A stretch of 53,635 nucleotides of DNA. Source: Octopus bimaculoides. Lineage: Eukaryota. The stretch spans positions 180,936,902 through 180,990,536 of the forward strand of contig NC_068982.1 of NCBI RefSeq assembly GCF_001194135.2, written 5' to 3'. Positions 26,300 through 39,090 of this stretch are shown here, piece by piece; position 1 is the first letter of the stretch; each line of letters begins with the position of its first letter. The notes under the pieces are model-generated. The model made no database searches. It worked only from the letters and a program-made list of their open reading frames with translations, and was not told the DNA's origin. Both the position numbers and the translations under genes were made by a program.

Positions 26300-27215
26300 C
26301 GGCTTTTGTTATGGTCGCTTACCAGAGCTGAGCTCACGATAAAAAGAAAAAAAAGACTTTGGCAAACGCTTGTCATTCATTCTAATAACATGTCCAGTCC
26401 ATCTCATTTGAGCTAAGATAACATGTTGAATTGAGCTGCAACGGGCCATGCACATAACTTCTGTATCTGGTATGAAGATTTTCCCACTTGACTCCTAAGA
26501 TGAATCTGAAGCACTTTTGATGAAATCCCTTCATGTGACGCTTGCATGTGGTCCATATCTCATTCGAGTAAAGAAGTTTAGACAATACACGCGCTTTATC
26601 GACTGTGATTTTTTGTCTGCAGGGGAAAAAATCTATCCACCCATACTCGCTTTTCGAGCTTTCCAAATGCAACGCTTCTCATTCGACAGTATATTTCTGC
26701 ATCAAGACTACAATCCCTTGACAGTGTACTTCCTAGTTAAAAAAAGGTCTCAATGACTTCTAACCTTGTTCCATTCGCAAAAATGTTTGGTTCAGAATAT
26801 GTTTGTCCTGGCACGGGAGTAAGCATTACTTTGGTTTTCCCCAAACTAATTGTGAGTCCGAAATATACATATGCAGTGGAAAATCTGTCCATTAAATGTT
26901 ACACATCCCCTCTGAGTGTACCAATAAATCAGCATCAGCAGCATAAAGTAATTCTCTAACAAGTATTTTGAAAGTCTTTGCTTTGCAGTTAAACCTGGTC
27001 AAATTAAATATACAAGATGTCCGAAATCTGACCCCGATTCCCCTGTTGCAACCCTTGAAAGCATACCAAATTAATGCAGCAAGATAAATAGAGAAAAGTG
27101 TAGGTGTAGGAATATTTCCATGTTTGACACCGTTGTCGACCGAAAACTCACGAGATAGCTCACCATTAAAGAGTACCTGAGCTTTCATGTTGAAATTCTT
27201 CAACGTCTATAGGAT
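26300..27215 (-). mobile_element. RTE-BovB-like LINE, 5'-truncated RT pseudogene
   Basis: NGELSREFSVDNGVKHGNIPTPTLFSIY...GIGVRFRTSCIFNLTRFNCKAKT...VRELLYAADADLLVHSE, then LLYSNEIWT...GFHQKCFRFILGVKWE: diagnostic RTE/BovB RT blocks with frameshifts. Confidence 0.95.
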
Positions 27216-27310
27216 AGGAAGACGTACACAGACAACCAGTATAGGAGGGAAACATACATATATATACATATGTATACATATCTATATTTGTATGTGTATG
27301 TGTTTGCTTG

Positions 27311-27354
<44 letters not shown>

Positions 27355-27989
27355 TGTGTGTGTGTGTGTGTATGCGTGTGTGTGTGTGTGTGTGTGTGTG
27401 TTTATGCATATACTCTTGTCAGTGAGTTAAATGTATTCTGTCGGTTGAAAAAACTTATTTCGATTGAATATGCGAGTGTGTTTTCCTGCAATATGCGAGT
27501 GTTGAAAGTACCCGTACGCTAAGAAAAGTATATATTACAATATAAAACGATTTGGTGTATAGGTCACGCAGAATAAGATATCACTCTTTTTTCTGTGTAC
27601 GTGTTCCTATAGAAGTTGAAAAATTCCAACATGTTACTCGCCATGATTTGTCAACATGATAGCTTCCAACCTTTTTCTTGGAAGATCTATTAGGGTTTAC
27701 GTGTCACTGCCTGTATAAATACTCTGCTTATCTCAACATATATTTACTCTCCAACTCTTCTTTAACATCAAATCCCGCCGAGCTAGCATTTGCAGTTTCC
27801 CACAACGTAACGCGGTATCTCCTTCAAAAACATATATGCCAATAAACGTATATTAGAACGTATTGCGTGATATCACTGATTGTTTCATAGTATTTACATA
27901 CTAGAAATATACTATGCGTCAATAATCGATAATTGTCTGGAAATTATATACATTTAATGTTGATAGATCGTATATCTTCTTCATGTGCT

Positions 27990-28062
<73 letters not shown>

Positions 28063-28499
28063 TCTACGCACACACAGACACGCACATATACACATATATT
28101 TCAAAGTTAAAAAAAAATTTTCTCAAAACTATTGAAGGTTTGATACGAAAATCGTACTATGATAATTAACTTTTAAATCAGTTTAGATGACGTTGAATGA
28201 ATGATGGAGCCTGCAGGAGATCGCTTGTGATACTAAAATTAAAAGCCAAAATTCATCTGAAAATTACACAAGTTTTTAAACTGTGCGAGCCTACTGGATA
28301 AGCTATTGAGTCCGAGATACAATATACCTTAAACACGGGATAGTAATGGATGTGATACCTTCGATTATAGTCTTACCCTATCGAGTCTGATGCCGTCTTC
28401 ATCAACAATAACGACTACTAGAGATTTTATCACACCTCAATGATTTGAAGCTAAACAGTTTTAGTCTTAATATAAAGCTCTTTGGAATATATCATCTTC

Positions 28500-28975
28500 T
28501 ATATTTTATTTGTCTCACTGAGACTGAGGCCATGCTGAAGTACCGCCTTGAAGGGTTTTAGTCAAAGGAATTGATACCAGTAATTATTTTTTCGACACTT
28601 TTCATGGATGTAACCGGTTTTATTACTGAATCGCTTAGATACGGGAACGTAAAGAAAGCAAAAACGGCGGTTGGGAATAAATATAGACACCAAAGACACA
28701 CACTCTCACTCATTCAGATATAAATATATACATACATACATGCATACATAACTGTGCATGTGTGTGTGTGTGCATGTTTGTGTGTGTGTGTGTGTGTGTA
28801 TGTGTGTGTGTACACGACAATCTTCACATTATGTCTACGAAATCCTATCAGAAAGTTTTAGCTGGCCCGAGACTATATTCGAAGAAACTCGCCCAAGTTC
28901 ATACACGGTGACATAGAACTCAGAACCACGTCGTTCGGAAGCAAGTTTCGTACCACACAGCCACTCCTGTGAAAT
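28500..28975 (-). mobile_element. tRNA-derived SINE with internal (GT)/(AT) tract
   Basis: Head (revcomp cacaggagtggctgtgtggtacgaaacttgcttcc) at 28810-28975 and tail (ggccatgctgaagtaccgcc on the + strand) at 28500-28620 match the 33.4 kb and 34 kb copies. Confidence 0.7.
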
Positions 28976-29283
28976 TATTGAAAACTGTTCACCAATAAGC
29001 ATATACCACTGTCCACTAACAATCTTACGATTTTAGCAATGAATATTATGTTGCTTTGTTCTACTCCAGAATACACTGACCACGTACAGATACAAAAATA
29101 GAAAAGAACAAAACAAAACAGCGGTTTAGGACTGCAGATGCCGGAAAGTAGGACAGAATAAAATACGGTAGAGAAGACACATGAGGGAGTGTGATGGAGA
29201 AAAAAGAAAATAGCAGGAAAAAAGGTGAACGACAAAAAGTGAGAGGGAAAGAGAGACCGATAGAGTGACAGAAAGAGAGAGAC

Positions 29284-29292
<9 letters not shown>

Positions 29293-29364
<72 letters not shown>
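29293..29364. repeat. (AG)n microsatellite
   Basis: Read directly. Confidence 0.98.
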
Positions 29365-29370
<6 letters not shown>

Positions 29371-30283
29371 AAGAGGGTGAGAGAGGTGGAAAGAGAAAAG
29401 AGAGAAAAAGGTTGTTGTAGAAAAAATAGCAGCGTTAACGAGGTCTGCATTCTGTTACAATAAAAATAGAGAGCAAGTCAAATGAATAGGACATGAAAAG
29501 ATACAAAGAAGTCCACAAATATCCTTTAACAGCTGTTGTCTCTACACCTTCCTTCCTCCATCTTTTACATGATTTGTTCATTCACAAGAAAGCAAATGAA
29601 AATAAATGGCATTCATTGCATATTTTCTTCTCTTCGTAGTTATGTATAAACTTTCTAATGGTTATCAATGTAATATATCTTCAACTATATTTCTCCCGAG
29701 TTATGTAAAAAACATACCAATTTCCCAAATGCAACCCCATTTGAACTCCCGTTACTGTTTTTCGTAAAGTTTATTGCTGTGCCCACACTTCGGTAATTAG
29801 CGCCATGACGTCAGTCTCATTAAGATTCTAATTCCACAGAACCAATATATTCCTATACGCACTTCCACAGTGTATTCTTTACTTATTTCATTCTTCCCTA
29901 TACATACATACATACATACATACATATACAGGCACACATATATACATGTATATACATGCTAAAATAGTTCAAATTAGCCGTGTTTACAATTATACCATGT
30001 GTTACATATTTATTATATCATACCTTGATACTGTGTGGACTAAGATCCCCGTTGACAGGACGCTGGTATTTATAGTGTTAAACACTTTCGATATGCAAAT
30101 TAGGGATTACTTCATAGAGTAACTGATGCATTTGTTGAGTATATAAACAGTTTGGCTGCTTGTTTCTCTGGAATGAGACAGGATGTTGTGGACTCCTCTG
30201 AAAATCGAATAAGTATGTTCATTTTTGCTTTCAGTCTACGGAGAAATAGCTAAAATTTTCCCTGTTTATAATTATACCATATG

Positions 30284-30318
<35 letters not shown>

Positions 30319-30323
30319 AATAA

Positions 30324-30367
<44 letters not shown>

Positions 30368-30379
30368 GTGTGTGTGTGT

Positions 30380-30415
<36 letters not shown>

Positions 30416-30900
30416 CTCCATTCAAGGAAGATTAGAATTAGCAATAATAACGACCGGCTAGCTAGGAAGGTGTTCGTCTCCACGTGTGGAAGTAAAGTAC
30501 CATACAAATACTACTTGCAACTATAACAGTTAAGTGGCATGCTAGCTGTCATGGTCAGAACCTTCCTTTATGGTGAAAGGTGTTGTAAAACCACAAGAAA
30601 GAAAATAGAGTTTGTTATACGCTTTGTAGAATTACATTGAGTATTGTTATACTCATCGTAGAATTACACTGAGTATTGATCAGGTTATAATAAAGACTGG
30701 ACAACTAAATGGTCAATTAGTTAACTTACAGTATTATCGTGACGAATGGATATCATTGCTAAGAAGAGTGGAGTATATATCTTGGCGAAGAGAGGTTCCG
30801 AGCATTCTGGTCATTATAAATTTTGTAATCTTACACCTTCTCTCATTCTCATGCACACATACTCATGCACGCACATACCCATGCACACACATACACACCC

Positions 30901-31130
30901 GGCGAGCTGGCAGAAACGTTAGCACACCGGGCGAAATGCTTAGCCGTATTTCGTCTGCCGCTACGTTCTGAGTTCAAATTCCGCCGAGGTCGACTTTGCC
31001 TTTCATCCTTTCGGGGTCGATTAAATAAGTACCAATTACGCACTGGGGTCGATATAATCGACTTAATCCGTGTTTGTCTGTCCTTGTTTGTCCCCTCTGT
31101 GTGTAGCCCCTTGTGGGTAGTAAAGAAATA
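30901..31130 (+). mobile_element. Apparently full-length, young tRNA-derived SINE
   Basis: A-box-like TGGCAGAAACG (30908-30918), B-box GTTCAAATTCC (30972-30982) and an aagaaata tail. Flanked by identical ACACACATACACAC at 30885-30898 and 31131-31144 (possible TSD, but in microsatellite context). Confidence 0.95.
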
Positions 31131-31379
31131 ACACACATACACACACGCACATGCACAAACACACGTGCCCACACACAGACATACACAAATGCGAAACATA
31201 CACCAATACACTATAAATTTCAAGAGGTGCCAAAATAAATGCTGTGAAGAAATACGCGAGCAAAATCTAACTCAGAAATCTAAATACAGCTAAGAAACGA
31301 TTTTGTGCCTTTGCTGCAGTTGTAAACGCATAACATTAAGTAACTGTATGTAGCTTTGAGAGAAACACTAAACAAGACA

Positions 31380-31830
31380 AATCAAAGGATTGCCCAGTGT
31401 GAAATTTCGAAGAGAGTGAAAGGTTTACTGTTAGAAATGGAGGTATTTTGATACAAAGCGACAAGCCAGGCGAGTAATTAATGATGAACAACACAGAAAA
31501 TGTCATAAAGGCTGAACGATTTTAGAAGATTAATGGAAAAATCATGCAAATACGAATGAACACGAATGTGCAGGGTAAAATAATACAGCCAGAAGCTGAT
31601 ATATTGTACGTTAATATCCAGCATCGTTCGATGTCAGTCCGTGAAATGGGGTAAAAGAATATAATCATGTGGTGCAATTAAAAAAAAAATGATTGTAGCA
31701 TGCAAACAACTAAAATAATTCAATGCGGGATGTCCAATTTAAATAACGTTGTATCAGATATTCTCACACAAGACGGAAGCTATATCAGAAATCTATGTTC
31801 GTCCGCGTGATGGAAACATAACATCATAAG
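31380..31830 (+). mobile_element. Decayed LINE AP-endonuclease fragment (RTE-like)
   Basis: KINGKIMQIRMNTNVQGKIIQ resembles ..IN.RIM.IR.......I.IIQ; QDGSYIRN resembles SPDG..RNQIDY. Many stops. Confidence 0.5.
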
Positions 31831-32239
31831 GAATAGAAAACAAACATTTAAAAGAATGAAAAATCCGAAAGCCTCTATAGATAACACCAGCTACTAAATA
31901 CCAATAGCAGTAGGAAAGGTCGTGGTTAACATTGAGCATGATATTTAATGCAGTTTGGGAAAGAGAAAAAAATATGATCTTGCTCCCGTATGCTGGTAAT
32001 TCAAATGAATTAAAAATGCATCAAAAACACCTGAAATCTAGGGCACGATTTTTCACTTATCTATGCTGACAAAAATGTTCAGTATATATTATTCCTCTAA
32101 GATAGAATGAAAGGTAACATTGTAGATCTAGGTGAGTGAATGGATGCTTATTTAGAAGTCGTAGAGGCACAGTTGTTGTCTTGTCAATTTATAGAGTCAG
32201 GCAGATTCCTGAAAGTGAAAAACATTCATCAAGTATCAT

Positions 32240-32600
32240 TTCAATTCAAAATTCTTTGACTTTTAATTGCTTTGGACATGAGCTGGCGGAAGGCCCTCTG
32301 GTAACTAATGGTAACAGTATATATAGACTCGATAGTACGAATTAGTATTGCACTATACAGCAATAGCAAATGCGGCAGTGATAAATGATTAGTTGATAGA
32401 TTTGTTTGAAATAAACCTCTGTCTGAGACACGTTCACCTGGTTTTCCTATTTCGCGTAGCATTTTGTTCAATATCCTTCGAGATAGTTTTTTCTGAAGAG
32501 TAACTAATATTTTGATAAATCTCTGGAACTCATAGGCCTTAATAAGTGTGCTGACGGCACGACGTATGTATTCCATAGTTAGCTAGTCACAGGAAATTGT
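32240..32600 (-). mobile_element. Decayed CR1-like RT C-terminal fragment
   Basis: ORF 32241-32576 (EY...LQKKLSRRILNKM...ERVSDRGL...LLLLYSAIL) follows the spacing of LEY..VW.P....LE.VQ...TRRI.....Y.ERL..LGL.......DL..LYKI. Confidence 0.4.
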
Positions 32601-33354
32601 AATTCATTCAGTCGATGTTTAATTATCAATCAAGATCAACATTCCAAGAGTGAATGAGAAAATCGAATATATAATTTTTACCAAGTGATTAATGACGGAA
32701 TGGGCCTATCTGCTTTTGTTTGAAACATCTGCTTGAACATATACACCAACAAATATATCGTAAGCCAATTTTAACAATCACATAATTTGAAAGATATACG
32801 TTTCACGACACTTACATCCATCATGCTGTGTTAGCAAGCAGAATTATATTTGTTTGATGTCTAAGATATCCGTAGCTAAAGAAAGATACGACTTAAACAG
32901 AATAACACTCATATTTCTATACATAAACTCATAAAATGAACAGGTATTTTTTGTAATCAACTTCACCCATTAGTGTTTATTTTGTCTAATCACCGACACG
33001 AATCTTTCATACACCGTACTGGATTGCATATCGCAACTACAACTCACCAACACGCCTCCAATCCTCCACCAAAGACAAGCGAGTAAAGATTTGCACACAT
33101 TATTCATAGCTATCATTGGTCGAAAGATATCCATAGAACATAGCATTAGTGTAAGCATTTTAATAATAATAATAATAAAAAAAACTATGAAAAACATAGA
33201 AAAACGTTTTTACAAACATATAGAAAAGGTCAGCACATATCATAATTATATATCATATCAACATAATCCACACTGGCAGGATAAAGAGCAAAAGGAAGTG
33301 GGCTGTAATTTAACTAATAGAATGTATAAAAATGTAACAGGCATAGCTGCGTAG

Positions 33355-33566
33355 CAGGCACAGAAGTGGCTGTGTGAGAAGAAGCTTGCTTACCAACCAC
33401 ATGTTTCCTGTTTCAGTCACACTGTGTGGCACCTTCTACAATTGTATTCTTATATAGCACCAGGCCGACCAAACCCTTGTGAGTGGATTTGGTAGACGGA
33501 AACTGAAAAGAAGCTCATCGTTTATATATACGTGTGTGTGTGTGTGTGTGTGAGTGGTGTGTGTGT

Positions 33567-33621
<55 letters not shown>

Positions 33622-33820
33622 ATTTGTGTGTGTGTTTGTACATTTCACTACTTCACAACTGGTATTTTTGTGTACACATCCCTGTAACTTAACAGTTTGG
33701 CAGAAATTGACCTATATAAAAAGTACCGGACATTAGAAAATAAGCCATGGGGTTGATTTGTTCGACTAAAACTTTTGAAAGCGGTGCCCCTGCATGGCCG
33801 CAGTCAACTGACTGAAACAA
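33355..33820 (+). mobile_element. tRNA-derived SINE with internal (GT)n tract
   Basis: Head gtggctgtgtgagaagaagcttgcttaccaaccacatg, conserved core ccttgtgagtggatttggtagacggaaactgaaa, tail gcggtgcccctgcatggccgcagtcaactgactgaaaca. Confidence 0.85.
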
Positions 33821-33829
33821 TTGGGATAG

Positions 33830-33930
33830 TCAGTCTGATCGATTCAAGTACTCAACTGGAACGTATTTTATCGAGCTTGAAATGATGAAAGGCAAAGTTG
33901 ACTTAGCGAACTTTGAACTCAAACATTTAA
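33830..33930 (-). mobile_element. SINE internal fragment (30901 family)
   Basis: tattttatcgagcttgaaatgatgaaaggcaaagttgacttagcgaactttgaactc resembles the reverse complement of 30970-31030. Confidence 0.6.
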
Positions 33931-33944
33931 GTACCAAAAGAAAT

Positions 33945-34281
33945 GTGAAAGACTGTGTGGTGAGAAGCTTGCTTCCCAATCACATGTTTCCGAGTTCAGT
34001 CCCACTGCGAGGTACCTTGGACAAGTGTCTTATACTATACCCTCGGGTCGACCAAAGCCTTGTGAGTGGATTTGGTAGACAGAAACTGAAAGAAGCCCGT
34101 CGTATATATGCATATATATGTATGTGTGTGTGTGTGTATATGTGTATATGTATATATATATNNNNNNNNNNNNNNNNNNNNNNNNNNNNNNNNNNNNNNN
34201 NNNNNNNNNNNNNNNNNNNNNNNNNNNNNNNNNNNNNNNNNNNNNNNNNNNNNNNNNNNNNNNNNNNNNNNNNNNNNNNNN

Positions 34282-34320
<39 letters not shown>

Positions 34321-34550
34321 ATGTATGTATATATGTATTTGTGTGTCTGTGTTTGTCATCGCTTGACAACAGGTATTGCTGTGTTTACGTCCCCGCAACT
34401 TAGCGTTTCTGCAAAAGGAGACCGATAGAATAAGTATTAGGTTTACAAACCAATAAGTCCTGGGGTCGATTTGTTCGACAATAGACGGTGCTCCAGCATG
34501 GCCGCTGTCACATGACTGAAACAAATAAAAGAAAAAATAAAAGAATACAA
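33945..34550 (+). mobile_element. tRNA-derived SINE with internal (AT)/(GT) tract containing an assembly gap
   Basis: Same head, core and tail as 33355-33820; the gap at 34162-34281 lies inside the internal microsatellite. Confidence 0.9.
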
Positions 34551-36109
34551 AGTATACTGTGAGGCGTGTTGCAAATTTTGCCGTCCTCCATTTTTGCAGA
34601 TAATTACAAACTCGTATAAAACACATACTTCATCCTTTCTTATATCTTCTCATACTCACATTCTCTTCCTCCTCCTACCCGCCTCCTCGTCGTCGTCGTC
34701 GTCATCGTGGTCGTCGTAGTCGTCATCATCATCGTCATCATCTTCATCGTCATTGAGGAATAAGTTCCGTTTTAAGATAGCAAGTAGTAATTCGATGGAG
34801 ACATTTGCTGCTCTTCCTAATATATATTTTGACAAAATTGTAGTACTACTCTTGGATTACAGCATGCGTATATTGTCTACAAATAACATTCTTCAGGAGC
34901 ATATTATTATGTAGTATTATAAAATACACAAACAACCTGGTATGCTTTTTGAAATACACACACACGCACAAACAAACACACAGACGCACATATGAGAATT
35001 CATTGATACGCCCATACATATACACGCATCTTTCTAATATTCATAATATAATATCTATCCATGTATGTTTGCCTATGAATGTGTGTAAGCATGTGCATAC
35101 AAATGTACACGCATATAATAGGTGAGATTAATGCAGACACTTTCATGCGATTTTCAATAACACATGGAAATATTTTTCATATAGCAGATAAAAGGTAATT
35201 TACAGAATTGAAGCCAGAAGAATTTCTTTTCAAACGTAAGCAAGAAAAGTGATAGCTATGTTGTTACATAAACTGCAAAGAAGAATGAATTAAGATGCGA
35301 AAATCTGTTATTCATTAATGAATACATACAATATATATAACGTATCAAAGAGACTTAATAACTAAAGTGCAATATATATATATATCTATATGTATGTGTG
35401 TGGATGTGTGTGTGTGCGCGTGTGCTTGTGTGTGCGTTTGTTATATATTAACGATAACGTTTTGTGCTATTTTGTATCGGAAATCTTCAATAACGATGCG
35501 ATGTCTTATGAGATACATAAATTAAGAGGAATTCTTGGGCAGTATATCATTTGACATTAAATACACTCTGAATTAATCTGTTATCTACCGTGATGTGAAA
35601 TAAATTAAAACTAGTTAATAGTAATGAAGCTATCAAGACATTAGTATTGGTGTAATTCATCACAGTTGAAAATTTATATAATTACAAACTTTTATCTGTA
35701 CATTGTTCAAGAATAGACAGTTTATGCCACGTGGCCTATACTTATTGTTCACCTTCCGACAACTTATATAGATACTATGGTTTATTACCAGTCTGCTAGA
35801 AAATAAATTTTAAAGCCACCGTTGTGTATATTTAGAGCTTAAGTACAAGCAATGTATATAACAAGAATTCACTGACAGTAAAGGGGGTTACGTTATCTTT
35901 TATAATAAGATATATGCATAAATGGACGAATATGTCTATTGACATATATATCAGGCGAAACAGGCCTTGCGTACTTTGAGCATACCTGCTGCACAATTTA
36001 GAACCACAATTGTAGGTTTATGAAAGAAAGCATTCGTTATGTTCACGGTGCTATTACTCCTTCAGGCTGACAAACATCCCTTCATCGGGTCTCCTTTATG
36101 TTTGTACAC

Positions 36110-36610
36110 TAGCGATTTAAATCATTAGTTACGAAAACAAATGCAAAATATCATCTAATAACCACAAAAATAATAAGAGTGCAAATCATGGCAGCAGTCG
36201 CAATAAATGTGCATGTCCGCACATAAATAGATGCATGCAAAACAAAATGCACCATCTACAAATGCACAATCACCACATGACTACATAAATATGCATACAT
36301 AGGAGCCTCCAAAAACCAATTCAAGGTCCATTACCGCAATCAGGTCTCCTTATTCCGATAGATAAGCCGGCGACACACGACAAAATAGCGACCTAATATG
36401 GAGATCAAAAGAAAGGAAAATAAAATATGAAATAAAATGGTCAAGAATAAAAGTCGCCCACACGTATAACATATTATCCGGAGTGTTTGACTTGTAACTC
36501 GAAGAAGCCTTGTGTATCCTGTTCAGCAAAAAAAAAAAAAACTAGGTAAGCTATCACAGTGAAAAAAGCCAAGGACGTTGCCACCGATCTAAATATACAT
36601 TTTCCCGATA
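36110..36610 (+). mobile_element. PLE GIY-YIG endonuclease remnant (C-terminal C.LC.EE subtype)
   Basis: Across frameshifts: KCACPHINRC / CKTKCTIYKCTITT*LHKYAYIGASKNQFKVHYRN / WRSKERKIKYEIKWSRIKVAHTYNILSGVFDL*LEEALCIL / GRCHRSKYTF. Confidence 0.8.
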
Positions 36611-36617
36611 ATGCACA

Positions 36618-36840
<223 letters not shown>

Positions 36841-37101
36841 AATTCGGTGAACTCCCTCCAGCCCCTTCCTCTCCATACATTCCTCTAAAAACAGACGAAT
36901 AACATAACAACCACGCAGACATCATGTGTGAGCATTGATGCATTTACAATTACACGTAGGTTCATACGCGTATGTATGTATATATATATAGAAGGTTTAG
37001 ATTTAGATTCAAGATTGAATATGGTACTTATGTTTAGGCACCAGAATATAGTATGGCATGGTATTATCCAAAAACCATTCCAAAATACCAGGTGATCAAA
37101 A

Positions 37102-37945
37102 AATCAAAATGAGCAACACGGATTTCAAAGATGATTGCACCACGCCCGTTTCATGTTACTCCATTTATTTAAGTAATGCGAGCATTACATTAAATGCAAT
37201 ATGTAGAGCAATCTTCAGCTGCACGAAAATGCAGAAAATTACAGTAGAATAGACATATTATAATTGTGGCAACATTTCAAATCCAAGTGGGAGGGAGAAT
37301 ACATAAAAATTCGTCTTGACATAGCCAAGTCTATCAGGCTAGTAATTGGTTCTAGGCAAAAATTCCAAACTGTCTCTGATTTTATTGTCTCTTATCTAGT
37401 AGTAATAGTATGAGGGACAATCACTTCTAAGGAAAAGGAAGGTGTAAGCATTATGCATGGACAAGGCTATAAAATATATGGTTATAAAGGATTCTCTGGT
37501 CAGAGTGGCAACACTCTTATAGGTTAGGTTTTTTTTTTTACTACTGACCAGAGAATCCTTTATAACCATATCTTTTATAGCATTGTCCATGCATAATGTT
37601 TACACCTTCCCTTTCCTTAGAAGTGATTGTCCCTCATACTATTACTACTAGATAAGAGACAATAAAATCAGAGACAGTTTGGAATTTTTGCCTAGAACCA
37701 ATTACTAGCCTGATAGACTTGGCTATGTCAAGATGAATGTTTATGTATTCTCCCTCCCACTTGGATTTGAAATGTTACCACAATTATAATATGCCTATTC
37801 TACTGTAATTTTCTGCATTTTCCTGCAGCTGAAGATTGCTCTACATATTGCATTTAATGTAACGCTTGCATTACTTAAATAAATGGAGTAGCATGAAACG
37901 TGCGTACTGCAATCATCTTTGAAATCCGTGTTGCTTATTTTGATT
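37102..37945. repeat. Long fold-back palindrome: 402-bp arms, 40-bp spacer
   Basis: 37102-37503 versus the reverse complement of 37544-37945, compared base by base: 16 substitutions and no indels (~96% identity). Confidence 0.98.
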
Positions 37946-38512
37946 ATATATATATATATATATAAAGTTTACAAAGCTCATTGAGGGATAGCAATATCCT
38001 ATGAAAGTACTGGCTAGTTATAGTTACCTATACAAAGAATGTTAATACTCAACTGCAAGGTAATTCTAAAACCGTGCTATATATTTATTTATTTATTATA
38101 ATGAGATAAGAAAATAGAGAGTTAATTAATAAGTTATTTATTAATTAAAAAGTTGACAAACATCTCTTACAACTCTTTCAATTCAAGAACTTCAGATAAT
38201 TAATAAACAAGATTAAATGCTATTTGAAAGACGAATCTCGTCAGAGGTAATTTAAGATTATACAAAAAGAGTATTTAATTCCTGCATGTTGAGTAAACGG
38301 CTGCAAACCGTTATCATTTTAAGATCTATGGAGGATAGCTGTTGTACTATCCTACTTTTTATTTTTTTACGTTTAGTTCCGGCTTTTCATTTTCCGTTTT
38401 TCGTTTTCCGTTGTTTACTGTCTGCCTCTTTTATATGCTGCCTTCTCCGTTTTTTTTTTGTTCCTGTTTCTTCTATCATTCAATCTCTTTAGTTCGTCAT
38501 GATATGTGATTT

Positions 38513-38565
38513 GCGCCTGAAGGATATGTTTGAGGTTTCTTAACATATGAAACTATTAGTAGGGC
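38513..38565 (+). ncRNA. Putative type I hammerhead ribozyme, slightly degenerate, probably from a PLE pseudo-LTR
   Basis: GCGC-CUGAAGG-AUAUGUU[11 nt]AACAUAU-GAAAC-UAUUA-GUA-GGGC: perfect 7-bp stem II, GAAAC, short stem III, GUA cleavage triplet. A9 is G and stem I has one G-G mismatch. Pyrimidine-rich tract upstream, AATAAA downstream. Confidence 0.5.
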
Positions 38566-39039
38566 TTAATTCATGTATTGTGACCTGTAAATAAACATTT
38601 ATCTCTCACCAGATGGAGTACTTTGAATTTTATATCACGGAGCAGTACATTATATACATGTGTATGTGCGTGTGTGCATGTGTGTTTAATGTGTGTGCAT
38701 GTGTGTGTAATTTTTCGGAGGTAAGTAGGATTCAGTTCAGTAATAATTACATAGTAAACTCGGTCGTGGGAGAGAGGTATTGTGGAGAATTTTTCGTTGA
38801 TTAAATTTGGAGTCAGACTTTTGCTCAGAATTTTTTCATGCGTGTAGAAATTTGTAAACATGTGTGTCTGCTTATCTGAATAAGCTTCAAGTATATTACG
38901 GATGATTTTTGGTCAGCTTAGATCATTACTTTTCGTTATTTCTGTTTTTATCGCATTTAATCCTTTGCTTTGACAATATATAAACATATATTCACATACA
39001 TATTCATTTAGATATATGTATATTTACATACACACACAC

Positions 39040-39090
<51 letters not shown>

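Noticed and set aside
30093-30210. Octamer ATGCAAAT, TATATAAA and a short ATG ORF ending at a GTATGT donor (possible promoter and first exon)
   Set aside because: Such short motifs are expected by chance in AT-rich DNA, and no compatible downstream + strand exon was found.
33048-33200. Minus-strand donor TTG|GTGAGT with open frames upstream
   Set aside because: No convincing acceptor, and a direct phase-2 join to the 18956 exon would create a TGA stop.
37111-37131. EQHGFQR as RT motif QHGF in the palindrome arm
   Set aside because: Too close (~200 nt) to the IGSRQK-like motif for a colinear RT; may be chance.
38220-38245. Minus-strand CUGACGAG with a short stem
   Set aside because: No GAAA follows.
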